The notes under the pieces are model-generated. The model did no database searches. It saw only the letters and a program-made list of their open reading frames with translations, and was not told where the DNA came from. This document shows, piece by piece, positions 19,326-28,592 of a stretch of DNA of 64,000 bases. Source of the stretch: Candidatus Bathyarchaeota archaeon (lineage in GTDB: Archaea; Thermoproteota; Bathyarchaeia; Bathyarchaeales; Bathycorpusculaceae); the NCBI GenBank assembly GCA_963739305.1, contig CAVTZU010000013.1:64001-128000 (forward strand), read 5' to 3'. The stretch's first letter is position 1. Each line of letters begins with the position of its first letter. A program made the translations under genes and the position numbers.

Positions 19326-19859
19326 ATGTCCCGGGCTTCAACTGGAAATTCTAGCCCAGTGCTTTGGACGGGCAAACCCTGGATAACTCCTGCTGCAGTG
19401 GCAAGAACCATAATTGTCATCGTTGTTGCAATCGCCGTGATCTTGCTTGAACTTATTTTCAAACTGGACTATCCACTCCTGAACTTGCCATTGACGTTGT
19501 GGACTGCTTTTGTGTTCTTTCTGATATGGGCGGCCAGCTTGGTTCATCTGCTTCTAGTTTGGGCCTCGAACACGTACATTCTCAGAAACGACAGTTTAGA
19601 AATAAGAACTGGAATTCTGGCTTCAAAGGCCTTCGTCGTCGCAGCCTCGGGGTTCGCAGACATGGAGGTCACAAAGTCGATTACCGGGAGAATCCTGAAC
19701 TTCGGAGACATAATCATTCGCACACAAGACGAGAGCGGAGCAGACAAGATAATGCATACAATTAGGAATCCAATGAAAGTGAGCGGTCAAATAAGAGAAG
19801 TAATGTCGAAACCCATGGTCAGAATAGAAGGAATGCCCCCGACAGAAACAAAGAAATAG
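19326..19859 (+). CDS. Membrane protein with bacterial PH (bPH_2/DUF304-like) domain
   Basis: LWTGKP, two TM segments, TYIL...IRTGIL...SITGRILNFGDIIIRT. Confidence 0.85.
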   Translation: MSRASTGNSSPVLWTGKPWITPAAVARTIIVIVVAIAVILLELIFKLDYPLLNLPLTLWTAFVFFLIWAASLVHLLLVWASNTYILRNDSLEIRTGILASKAFVVAASGFADMEVTKSITGRILNFGDIIIRTQDESGADKIMHTIRNPMKVSGQIREVMSKPMVRIEGMPPTETKK

Positions 19860-19950
19860 CGTTTTCATGCGGAGCTCAACATGCAAAGATTCCTTTTTTA
19901 AGTGCGAAACTGGAAAGACATTTTAGAAGGCTCAGAAAGACTAAACATCG

Positions 19951-20154
19951 TTGATCCGAGTGGGAAAAGAAACAAAACATACTGGCAAATGTTATGATTG
20001 CGGCGGTTCACTGGAACTCTACGAAATGGACCTGGACAAGTCTACAAAGATAATGTTATGCCAAACCTGCGGATTGTTCCACTTCTACAAGAAAGATTTC
20101 ATAGGCAACTACAAACTCACAAAAGTGTCCAAAAACCCTGAAGTCAAGCTTTAG
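19951..20154 (+). CDS. Small Zn-ribbon protein
   Basis: CYDCGG...CQTCG. Confidence 0.7.
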   Translation: MIRVGKETKHTGKCYDCGGSLELYEMDLDKSTKIMLCQTCGLFHFYKKDFIGNYKLTKVSKNPEVKL

Positions 20155-20203
20155 CCTGACCAAGTGGAAGCACTCATCAACATGCGCCAGGTTGGCATAA
20201 GCG

Positions 20204-20995
20204 TTGGACTTGATAGGAAACTTTCAGGAGATAGCCACACACCGGGGCTGGGGCGAAGAATTTCTCAACAATGCCGCAGTGAAGAACCGCGTTTGCGGCT
20301 TAATTGAACTTGACGTAACCAAGGCCCGGGAGCACATCCGCCGTCACGAGGAGAAGACTGGCGAGACCCTGTCCTTCATGGGTTGGATAATAAAATGCAT
20401 AGGACAAGCCGTCAGCGAAGATAAACAGGTGCAAGCCTACAAGAGGGGAAGAAACAAACTCGTGATTTTTGACGATGTCGACGTCAGTGTTGCAGTGGAA
20501 CGAAAAGTCGGCGGAGAGAAGATTCCTGTCCCTTACGTCGTGAGGAAAGCAAACGAAAAAACCTTCAAAGAGATACATAACGAGATCCGAGCTGCCCAGG
20601 CACAAGAAATGACCGGCCCAATACTGGGAGCCGAAAGAACGCCACGAGTCTTGAATGTCTTCCAGAAGCTGCCCAGTTCACTCAGAAAAATAGGCTGGTG
20701 GAAGTTCAGAAGGGATCCGTTCTTGAAGAAACGAACAATGGGAACGGTTGGCATAACAGCAGTTGGGATGTTCGGAAACATAGGAGGATGGCCCATCACA
20801 ATAGGATTTCATTCCCTGGAATTCGCGCTCGGAGGAATAACCAAGAAGCTGAAAATAGTTGAGGGCGGAACCGAAGTACGCGAGTACCTAAGTTTGACCG
20901 TGATTTTTGATGAAGACGTTACTTATGGCGCACCTGCGGCTCGATTCACTCAGCGGCTGGCCGAACTGGTGCAGGATGGTTTCGGGCTTGAATGA
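20204..20995 (+). CDS. Stand-alone 2-oxoacid dehydrogenase E2 (acyltransferase) catalytic-domain protein with a degenerate active site
   Basis: ELDVT, DVDVSVAVE, VVRKANEKTF.EI, GTVGITAVG, LSLTVIFDEDVTYGAPAARF; no lipoyl domain. Confidence 0.85.
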   Translation: MDLIGNFQEIATHRGWGEEFLNNAAVKNRVCGLIELDVTKAREHIRRHEEKTGETLSFMGWIIKCIGQAVSEDKQVQAYKRGRNKLVIFDDVDVSVAVERKVGGEKIPVPYVVRKANEKTFKEIHNEIRAAQAQEMTGPILGAERTPRVLNVFQKLPSSLRKIGWWKFRRDPFLKKRTMGTVGITAVGMFGNIGGWPITIGFHSLEFALGGITKKLKIVEGGTEVREYLSLTVIFDEDVTYGAPAARFTQRLAELVQDGFGLE

Positions 20996-21125
20996 AGTGC
21001 TCTGCTAAATTTCCTAATCATGCGCCCCGTTGAGCCAAATGGGTGGAAATTTCTTTGTAGAATTTGACGTGCGTGTTTTGACGACGATTCTTCGCTAGCT
21101 TTACCGTTTGTGGCTCTGCGTTTTT

Positions 21126-22031
21126 CTATTGACCAGCGATCATCTTCTTCGCGAATTCTTCAACAGAGGTGAGTCCGATGCCGAATGTACGAACGATCTC
21201 AGTCATGTCCATCGGTGAGTCGAACATATCGAAGGAAGCTAGCATTGGAAGCAGACTCTCAGGAAAGCCAGGCACAGGTTCACCTGGAGCAACGTGATTG
21301 ACAACGATCTTGCGATTCAGCAAACGCTCATAGACTCCAACAACATCGAGAAATGACAACGGTTCTGGACCACCAATCACTAGACGCTGATTCACTGCTT
21401 TGGGATTGCCAACACTAGCAATCATGATTTTTGCGACGTCTACGGCTGATATCCAAGAGTGTTTCCGGCGGCCTTCTCCCACTAAGGTTACGGGTTTTCC
21501 ATTGATTGCAGGTAATCCCACTGTGTTAGCAACCCAAAACTCCATGTAGGCATTTGGAGCAATAATAGTGTGTCTTAATCCGCTCTGGCGAAGGTATTCT
21601 TCGGTTTTTCCCTTTGCCTGCAGAAACGGTACGGGGCTGTTTGCGTCGGCGGTACTTGCTGAAACGAAAATGAACTGCTTGACTCCGGCTTCTTTGGCGG
21701 CGTCGATCAGATTGTGATTTCCCGCGAGATCCACTGTTTGCGGGTTGTCTGGACCACCTCGTTTCGCGGAATTTGCCGTGGTGATAACTACTTCGACTTC
21801 TTTGCAGGCAGGGTTGAGTGAGCTCGGATCTTTTAGATCTCCCATGATTATTTGGGCTCCAGCTTTAGCCAAAGGCTGGGCTTTCGATTGGTCCCGCACT
21901 AGACATCGCACGGGTTTGTTCTGCGCGAGCAACATCCTAGCGATGGCGCCTCCAAGGTCGCCCGTGGCCCCCGCGACAAGAATCGTGCTCCTATTCGTAA
22001 CTGTGTTTTTGCTAAAAGGATTTTTTATCAG
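21126..22031 (-). CDS. NAD(P)-dependent SDR/NmrA-like oxidoreductase (start uncertain; track ORF starts at 22133)
   Basis: ILVAGATGDLGG, GDLKDPSSL, NLIDAAKEAGVKQFIFVS. Confidence 0.9.
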   Translation of the reverse strand: MIKNPFSKNTVTNRSTILVAGATGDLGGAIARMLLAQNKPVRCLVRDQSKAQPLAKAGAQIIMGDLKDPSSLNPACKEVEVVITTANSAKRGGPDNPQTVDLAGNHNLIDAAKEAGVKQFIFVSASTADANSPVPFLQAKGKTEEYLRQSGLRHTIIAPNAYMEFWVANTVGLPAINGKPVTLVGEGRRKHSWISAVDVAKIMIASVGNPKAVNQRLVIGGPEPLSFLDVVGVYERLLNRKIVVNHVAPGEPVPGFPESLLPMLASFDMFDSPMDMTEIVRTFGIGLTSVEEFAKKMIAGQ

Positions 22032-22249
22032 TGACCCCCCAGGTTCATTTGGCTCTTCTGGCTTAAAGAGTTTATCGTCAATGGTGAATATGCACAGATT
22101 TGTACGTGTTTTGTGAATCAGAACTGCAAACAACTGAAAACTCTATTTCATTTGCTAAGAAAAGATGAACGGTGATTTGTCAAAAATCCTCGTTATGCTT
22201 AAGGTTTAATTGGAAGTGGGCTTCGATAATAGAATGAGAGGCGGGGATT

Positions 22250-24817
22250 GTGGAAAATGATTTGAAGCTTCCGATTTTCAAAGAACCTCTATTTGTCGGA
22301 AGAGAACCAGAGCTTCAGCAACTGCAACAGTTGCTCGATTCCTCACGTGCAGGAAAAGGAGCTACGGTCTTTGTCTTCGGCGAAGCAGGAGCTGGAAAAA
22401 GCAGACTCGTCAAGGAATTTCTGAAGACCGTCAGAGAGAAGGAAATCACCGTGGTGAAGGGATTCTGCATGAGCAAGACTCCTGTCCCGTATTTTCCGTT
22501 CATAGAAGCTTTCAATGCCCTCTCCTCGTCTGACCATGACCAAGACATCAGCAAGAGCGCGAAGGAACACTTGGGAATAATGGGATGGCTAAAGGGAAAT
22601 GAAATGGTAGCAGCTGAATCCATTGGGATAGCAGGATGGCTAAAAGGTCCAAAACATGATAAGACGACAAGAGAACAGCCGACACTGAGCGCTGAAATCA
22701 GGAAGGACATGACCTACGCGGCTGTGGCAAGAGCCCTGCATTCAATTTCTACAGATAAACCCTTGATTCTGTTCATAGATGACATTCATTGGGCTGACTC
22801 GGCCTCTCTGGCTTTGCTTCACTACATATCACGCACCATTGCCTCGTCGAAAGTTCTCATCGTAGTCACTGTGCGGCTTGAAGAAGCAAGTCAGGATGCC
22901 GACGGTCGTCCTCAACCTTTGGCTGAAACTCTGCAATTGATGCGGCGTGAAGACCTATTTGTCGAAATCAAAGTCCCCAGTCTGGACAAACCTGAAGTCG
23001 TGAAGTTAGCTGAACTGATGGTCAATGGACCGATTGAGGAAGAATTTGTTGAAAAACTTTCAAAAGACAGCCAGGGAAACCCACTTTTCGCAGTTGAATC
23101 TGTGAGGATGCTGATTGAATCTGGAAGTTTGGTCTGCAAGGATGGGACATGGTGTCTTACTACAAAGGAACTGAGCATACCGACAAAAGTGAAAGACGTC
23201 ATACTTTATCGGCTCAACCGACTGACAGCGATTCAGAGAAGAATGCTTGATCTGGGATCGGTAATCGGAGAAAGATTTGACCCTGCACTACTTGGGGCGG
23301 TTCTCTCTCAAGATAGGCTAGTCGTCTTAGAGACTTTGAACATGATCGCGCACTCAACTCTTCTAATTTATCCAATTGAGAATGTGTACAAGTTTGGCCA
23401 CGGGAAGTTTCGAGATGTGCTTTACGACGAAATATCTCATCCTTTGCGACGAGAATACCACGAAAGAATCGCAGAGAAAATCGAGAGTCTCACAAAGGAA
23501 ACCACAGAACTGCCAGTCAATGACTTGGCATTTCATTATGTTCAAGCAGGAAACAACGAAAAAGCAATTCAATATAGCATCGTTGCGGGTGAAGATGCCC
23601 TGAAAAGGTTCAGCAATACGGAAGCCATCAAGGCTTTCAATTATGTCCTGAAAACCACGTCAGAAAATCCAAGATACTCGGCAGAGAGGCTCGTCGCTTC
23701 GGAAGGCTTGGGCGATGCCTTCTCGGCTGAGGGCGCATTCGAGGAAGCGGCAAAAACGTTTGAGCATTTAGGCCGTATCGCGGAGTCGGGTGGAATAAGG
23801 CTTCGCGCACTCAGGAAGGCTATGACTGCATCTTTCAACAGGGGAGATTTCCTCCATGCATTAGAATTGGCGGATAAGACTGAGAAAGACTCTGCTTTTG
23901 ACAAGCTGGAGTACGCAAGGGTTCAAGTGTATAGGACAAAAACGAATAATTTCAGGGGTAACCTTCCCTTCGTTAAGGCTTTAAATGAATTGGAGAATTG
24001 TCTACAGATTTTCGAGGAGAAGAACTCCAGTCCTGACGTGGCCGATGCCTTGCTAGAAATTGGGACTCTTTACGTGACGGACTCACAAGGAGCAGAGGCT
24101 GTGCCTTTTCTCCAACGTGCTATCGATCTGTACGAGAGATTGGGAAACTCCCGAAAGCAGACTGAGGCATATTTTTGGGCTGGAAATGCGCAATTCACGC
24201 ATGGTTCTCATCAGGAGGCTCTTGACAATTGGGAAAAAACCATCAAGATTGGGGAGAAGATAGGCGACTACAACAGGATGGCATGGGCCAGACTGTATTC
24301 CGGCCTTTTGCACGAATCTATGGGAGAGCTTAAAGAAGCGCTCGAAGACTCCCTGAAAGGGATCGAATATGCTGAGAAAACAGATTCATACTATGTGCGG
24401 AGCATGATATATGCAAACATCGCTAGAGATTGCGCGAAACTCGGGGATTCCAAACGTCTAGAGGAATTCAGGGAGAAATTCACCAAATCATTTGTTGATG
24501 CGGGTAAGACGTCAAGCAAACTGGCAAGAGCCGTAGGTGTTCGCACGGAGGCTGTCCTGTTCGCGGTAGATGGTCATTGGGACGAAGCGAATAACCATTT
24601 TGAACACTGCCTTGAATTGTTTAAAGGAGCGGCAGCTGCCATTGTTCATGAAGCAATGGCCAGGGCTGATTATGCTTGGGCGCTTAGAAAGCAGGGAAGA
24701 ATTGTTGACGCAAGAAGGCAGATTGAAGAGACCAAGAAGTTGTATGAAAAGGTCGGAAGTAGATCTAATGTGGAGAGAATGGAGACAATGCTGGTCGAAA
24801 TCAAGGAGCCTTCATGA
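22250..24817 (+). CDS. STAND-class AAA ATPase with C-terminal TPR repeats
   Basis: FVGREPEL, Walker A GEAGAGKS, Walker B LFIDDIHWAD, GNPLF, F.HG.FRDVLY, then TPR-like helices. Confidence 0.92.
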   Translation: MENDLKLPIFKEPLFVGREPELQQLQQLLDSSRAGKGATVFVFGEAGAGKSRLVKEFLKTVREKEITVVKGFCMSKTPVPYFPFIEAFNALSSSDHDQDISKSAKEHLGIMGWLKGNEMVAAESIGIAGWLKGPKHDKTTREQPTLSAEIRKDMTYAAVARALHSISTDKPLILFIDDIHWADSASLALLHYISRTIASSKVLIVVTVRLEEASQDADGRPQPLAETLQLMRREDLFVEIKVPSLDKPEVVKLAELMVNGPIEEEFVEKLSKDSQGNPLFAVESVRMLIESGSLVCKDGTWCLTTKELSIPTKVKDVILYRLNRLTAIQRRMLDLGSVIGERFDPALLGAVLSQDRLVVLETLNMIAHSTLLIYPIENVYKFGHGKFRDVLYDEISHPLRREYHERIAEKIESLTKETTELPVNDLAFHYVQAGNNEKAIQYSIVAGEDALKRFSNTEAIKAFNYVLKTTSENPRYSAERLVASEGLGDAFSAEGAFEEAAKTFEHLGRIAESGGIRLRALRKAMTASFNRGDFLHALELADKTEKDSAFDKLEYARVQVYRTKTNNFRGNLPFVKALNELENCLQIFEEKNSSPDVADALLEIGTLYVTDSQGAEAVPFLQRAIDLYERLGNSRKQTEAYFWAGNAQFTHGSHQEALDNWEKTIKIGEKIGDYNRMAWARLYSGLLHESMGELKEALEDSLKGIEYAEKTDSYYVRSMIYANIARDCAKLGDSKRLEEFREKFTKSFVDAGKTSSKLARAVGVRTEAVLFAVDGHWDEANNHFEHCLELFKGAAAAIVHEAMARADYAWALRKQGRIVDARRQIEETKKLYEKVGSRSNVERMETMLVEIKEPS

Positions 24818-24912
24818 ACGGCGCTGGTCTCACGATAGTACGGACTGGTTGTTCGGTTTTTTGAGGCAACGTTGAAAGAGCTATGATTTTTTAATAAGTG
24901 ACTTGGTATTCG

Positions 24913-25116
24913 CTATTCGGTCAGTACGAGCGGTCCCAGCTTGAGAACTATCGAGCCGTCCACCTCAAGGAAACACAACGTATCACCAGGTCGCAACCCA
25001 AACTTCTTCCTGACCTCAGTGGGCACTGTTATCTGGCCTCGCGCCGTCATTTTTGATTGCCCCCTCAAAATTGCCTCAACGGAAGCGTGTTCTTCATTTC
25101 TTGTTTCTCGACTCAA
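24913..25116 (-). CDS. AbrB/MazE/SpoVT-family DNA-binding protein
   Basis: SKMTARGQITVPTEVRKKFGLRPGDTLCFLEVDGSIVL. Confidence 0.9.
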   Translation of the reverse strand: MSRETRNEEHASVEAILRGQSKMTARGQITVPTEVRKKFGLRPGDTLCFLEVDGSIVLKLGPLVLTE

Positions 25117-25269
25117 GGTTACTCAGCACTCTCCAGTCACTTTTGGAATGTTATTGCAAGTAAATCAATAAAAGACTTACTGTGTTGTATTATCATGCGT
25201 TTCTTACAATTTTTTAAGAACAGATTAGAATGTATAGTAATGACGAGGAAAAGTCGGGGGGTGAGGAAA

Positions 25270-25590
25270 ATGGAAAAGAAACCTGACGAAAAAGAACCAG
25301 TTAAGGTGAAGGAGAAGGCCAAGCTGTATCCGAAGCTTATGACGCCGGTAAGAGCCGCGATTGCACCTAGTCTCGCCAAGTCTGCTGCCCGAACAAGTGC
25401 TCGTACTAGTGCGCGAACAAGCGCACGAACAAGTGCCCGAACAAGTGCTCGCACAAACGCACGCACCAATGCTAGAACAAATGCTCGCACGAACGCGCGA
25501 ACGAACGCACGAACGAACGCTCGTACCAATGCGCGGACGAACGCCCGAACAAATGCTCGCACAAACGCGCGGACAATGACGCAGGCGTAA
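25270..25590 (+). CDS. Putative RiPP-like precursor peptide: 39-aa leader + (ARTS)5(ARTN)10 ARTM + TQA
   Basis: GGTGAGG RBS before ATG 25270; repeats use varied synonymous codons; lies directly upstream of the RRE-M50 peptidase. Confidence 0.8.
   Translation: MEKKPDEKEPVKVKEKAKLYPKLMTPVRAAIAPSLAKSAARTSARTSARTSARTSARTSARTNARTNARTNARTNARTNARTNARTNARTNARTNARTNARTMTQA
25387..25578 (+). repeat. 16 x 12-bp coding tandem repeat (GCN MGN ACN ARY)
   Basis: Counted directly: 5 ARTS, 10 ARTN, 1 ARTM; A, R and T are invariant at protein level. Confidence 0.97.
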
Positions 25591-25591
25591 A

Positions 25592-25613
25592 TGTCGTGAG
25601 CGCTCTCGCGACA
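25592..25613 (+). promoter_or_regulatory. RNA stem-loop immediately after the precursor stop codon
   Basis: TGTCGTGAG-CGCT-CTCGCGACA, a 9-bp stem with one G-U pair. Confidence 0.55.
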
Positions 25614-25688
25614 AATCGTTGCGTGGAGATAAACAACTTCACTAGTATTTTCTTTGTTTGTTTTCATTCAGAATAGAGAGGGGGGCGC

Positions 25689-28517
25689 ATGAGTACTGAC
25701 GTTGCGAGTAAGACAGACGTAATGTACGAAATCCTGTACAATCCCACAGAGTTCATTCCATTGCCTTCATCGCGGGTTAATGTAAAGACAACGATTGTTG
25801 ATAACAAACCCTCCTATTTGATGAAGAATCATGCAACTGGAACATACTACGATCTCGATGAGCTAACAGACTTGATCTGGAGTCTGACAGACGGCAAAAG
25901 AACAGTCAGTCAAATCGTCAAGGATGTTCAGGCTCAGAAACCGAAGGTGCAGGAAAAAACTGTTTTTGAAAACCTATTGTTTTTTGCTGATTCAAATCTT
26001 CTGGAGGAAAAATCTGAAGAGAAACCAAAGACGAGATTCAGAGTAGTGTCCTCCTTTGAAATGGCAATTACGTTGATTCGAAATAGCCACGGTTTCATCC
26101 ACTCTCTTCATTCACGCATACATCTGATTTTCAGGAGATGGTTACTTTGGGTCACGATCGGATTTATCATTGCGGCTGCAGTGTTGTTTGCTCGTGAATT
26201 TGTGTCGATCTATGGACAAAAAGCGAATTTCGAAATCATGGGGTCATCGGTTGTGGGCTTCTTCTTCTATTATTTTGTGCCTCTAGCTCCTGTGATTGCA
26301 ATTCATGAAATTGCCCATGCAATAACTCTTGTGCATTTCGGTGGTCAGGCTGGTGAGATGGGAACTGGCTTGTTTTACTTCAGTCCAATGTTCTATACGG
26401 ATACCACGGACGCCTGGGGGCTAACGAGAGGTCAGAGAATGCAGGTCTACCTAGCCGGAAACATTTCCACCTTGCTCATCGGAGCCGCTCTTGTTTTTGT
26501 TCATCTCTTTGTTCAGATTCCCGGGTTTGCCTCTCAAATCGTTCTCATGGTGTCTTTTTACTGTTTTTCAATGTCACTCATGAACTTTGCCCCTCCCTTC
26601 GAGACTGACGGTTATTACATACTCTCGGACGCCGTCAAGATGCCGAACCTTCGATATGACTCGTATGGCTATTTGGGCTCGGTTGTCAGACGTTTTTTCA
26701 GAAGACCTGTAAAGAAAGAAACTTCAGGGCTAACCAAAAGAAAAAAGCAGATCTTTTTATTATATGGACTTGTATCTGTGGCCTGGATCATATACATCAT
26801 TTTTCAAACGTCACTCTTCCTCGTCTATATGGGTCAAGACGTGACTGTTGCTCTCAGAAACATTGGTGGGGCAATCGTATCTTCCCAAGCGATACCGATA
26901 GCGGCAGTTGTGATTGCAACACTTTCTACCCTTTATTTCGGAATGCAACTCACAGGATACACGTTCGCTTTTTCGAGCGCGGTGAAAAAAGCCATGGCAA
27001 GACCTCTCACTCTTGAAGCCATCCATGATCGAGACTTAACTGTATTTGAGTATCTTCCTCCTGGCGTTCCAGAATTCCTCTGCAACCGTCTGAAGTCAAG
27101 AATGGAAAAGATCTCGAGGAAATTTACACCGAAGTTTGAGGTTAAACTTGTCGGACGGTCCTGCTTGGCTACATTGAGAATGGGCGGTACAAATTTGGCC
27201 TTAGTCCAAATCAAAGAGCATCTGAAACGGATTGAAAAAGAGTTTAACTCGGCGTATGAGAAACTTATACTAAGTCATAAGGACACGATTCAAAGATCGG
27301 TAGGTGTCCACTCCCCACAAAAGATTGGATTCACAAACGCTTTCAAACAATTTGCGACTGAATCATCAGAAGCGGGAAATTCCACTGCGTTCAACATTGC
27401 TCGAGCTTGTGAAAAAACTCAAGAAGAGACTCTCTTGTATCTTCTGCAATCGGCTTGTGGCACGGTTTGGAACATCGAAGTTCCGCCCTCCCAAGAATAC
27501 GAGTTTCAGAAAGAGTTGGCACCATCTTTACTTCTTGAAGACATGACTTTAACTGACCTTTACCACGACACTGAGAACTTCAAAAAACGCGTCATCTACG
27601 GTTTGGATTCGCTTATGGTTTTGGCAGTCGACACCGAAACTGCAATGAAGGAAGGACTTGCCAAACCGGATGAGTATCAATGTCTGAGTGTGTTAGAACC
27701 CATAAAGAGCCGAATCATTTTCGTAGGTCGAACTGACCCGATTGCCTACAAGTCAGAGGCATTCGCACCTATCTTTCTTACGTACACATGGACCGGCTAC
27801 ACGGACAATCTTTTGTGCGAGACCTGTCTGAAACTCGCAACAATCAAGCGAGCTCGTCTGCCTGATTCCAAAGAGATAGAAGAGTTAAGCATCGGCGAAT
27901 TAGCCGTTCTGTCGAAGGATCTCATGCTTTTCGATCAAACCAGGGATCTGGTTGATAGGCGAATTAAAAAGACTATGGAACAATTTGCCAAAATGAATCA
28001 AAGTCTTGCTGAAATGCAGCATACGGCAGAATCAGTGCAAATTTTCAAAATCGGAATGTTGGAAGCAGCTTTGCGTGTGAACACCGAGAATTTGACCTCT
28101 ATCCCCGGCAGGATTAGATGTTTCCAGAAAGATTGGAGTATAATGTGCAAGAGAATTGGGAAAGTGCAAGACCACGTTCAAAAGGCATACGATGAGACGA
28201 AGCCAGGCATCGAAAAGAGAAAACGCCATTTGCTGATGTTTTCTCCCTTCATCGTCATGGCGTCTGTTTTGCTCCTTGTTTTGGGCTTCAAACAAATGCC
28301 AACATCATGGTCGATTATATTATTCTCACTTTCGGCTGCGGTGCAGGTTGCCTATTGGACATTTTCCTATCGAGCGTGGAACTCAGCTCGCAAAGTTTCG
28401 AAGTATTCGGCCGAGGCTTTCAACTCAGTTCACACTGTTCTTCTAGCTCTGACAGAAGCCGTTTTCGGTTACGTGACGACCGAAGACGCTTTGACTCTGG
28501 ACGAGACATCAGTCTGA
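25689..28517 (+). CDS. PqqD/RRE domain - M50 (site-2 protease-like) zinc metallopeptidase fusion with a large C-terminal domain of unknown function
   Basis: YLMKNHATGTYYDLDELTDLIWSLTDGKRTVSQIV...SNLLE (PqqD-like); HEIAH; GEMGTG...PMFYTDTTDAW; VYLAG; NFAPPFETDGYYILSD; several TM segments. Confidence 0.9.
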   Translation: MSTDVASKTDVMYEILYNPTEFIPLPSSRVNVKTTIVDNKPSYLMKNHATGTYYDLDELTDLIWSLTDGKRTVSQIVKDVQAQKPKVQEKTVFENLLFFADSNLLEEKSEEKPKTRFRVVSSFEMAITLIRNSHGFIHSLHSRIHLIFRRWLLWVTIGFIIAAAVLFAREFVSIYGQKANFEIMGSSVVGFFFYYFVPLAPVIAIHEIAHAITLVHFGGQAGEMGTGLFYFSPMFYTDTTDAWGLTRGQRMQVYLAGNISTLLIGAALVFVHLFVQIPGFASQIVLMVSFYCFSMSLMNFAPPFETDGYYILSDAVKMPNLRYDSYGYLGSVVRRFFRRPVKKETSGLTKRKKQIFLLYGLVSVAWIIYIIFQTSLFLVYMGQDVTVALRNIGGAIVSSQAIPIAAVVIATLSTLYFGMQLTGYTFAFSSAVKKAMARPLTLEAIHDRDLTVFEYLPPGVPEFLCNRLKSRMEKISRKFTPKFEVKLVGRSCLATLRMGGTNLALVQIKEHLKRIEKEFNSAYEKLILSHKDTIQRSVGVHSPQKIGFTNAFKQFATESSEAGNSTAFNIARACEKTQEETLLYLLQSACGTVWNIEVPPSQEYEFQKELAPSLLLEDMTLTDLYHDTENFKKRVIYGLDSLMVLAVDTETAMKEGLAKPDEYQCLSVLEPIKSRIIFVGRTDPIAYKSEAFAPIFLTYTWTGYTDNLLCETCLKLATIKRARLPDSKEIEELSIGELAVLSKDLMLFDQTRDLVDRRIKKTMEQFAKMNQSLAEMQHTAESVQIFKIGMLEAALRVNTENLTSIPGRIRCFQKDWSIMCKRIGKVQDHVQKAYDETKPGIEKRKRHLLMFSPFIVMASVLLLVLGFKQMPTSWSIILFSLSAAVQVAYWTFSYRAWNSARKVSKYSAEAFNSVHTVLLALTEAVFGYVTTEDALTLDETSV

Positions 28518-28592
28518 AAGCTTTCAGATATTCCGGCAGATGATGCAAACGCGCGGTGAGCAAGTTTATAAGCTTTAGCAACAAGTATTTGT

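Noticed and set aside
24913-25116. AbrB gene as the antitoxin of a type II TA pair
   Set aside because: No adjacent PIN/MazF-like toxin; the position fits a divergent regulator better.
25057-25269. Longer 177-aa start for the repeat gene
   Set aside because: The extension overlaps the divergent AbrB gene and promoter region; ATG 25270 has a strong RBS.
25387-25578. Tandem array as a CRISPR or VNTR
   Set aside because: 12-bp period with no spacers, no cas genes, and variation mostly at synonymous positions.
25137-25667. Antisense ORF with VRA(F/L) repeats, and other-frame ORFs over the array
   Set aside because: Shadow of the + strand repeat. The AGA codon breaks the antisense pattern, F and L alternate, and the + frame has the RBS and the operon context.
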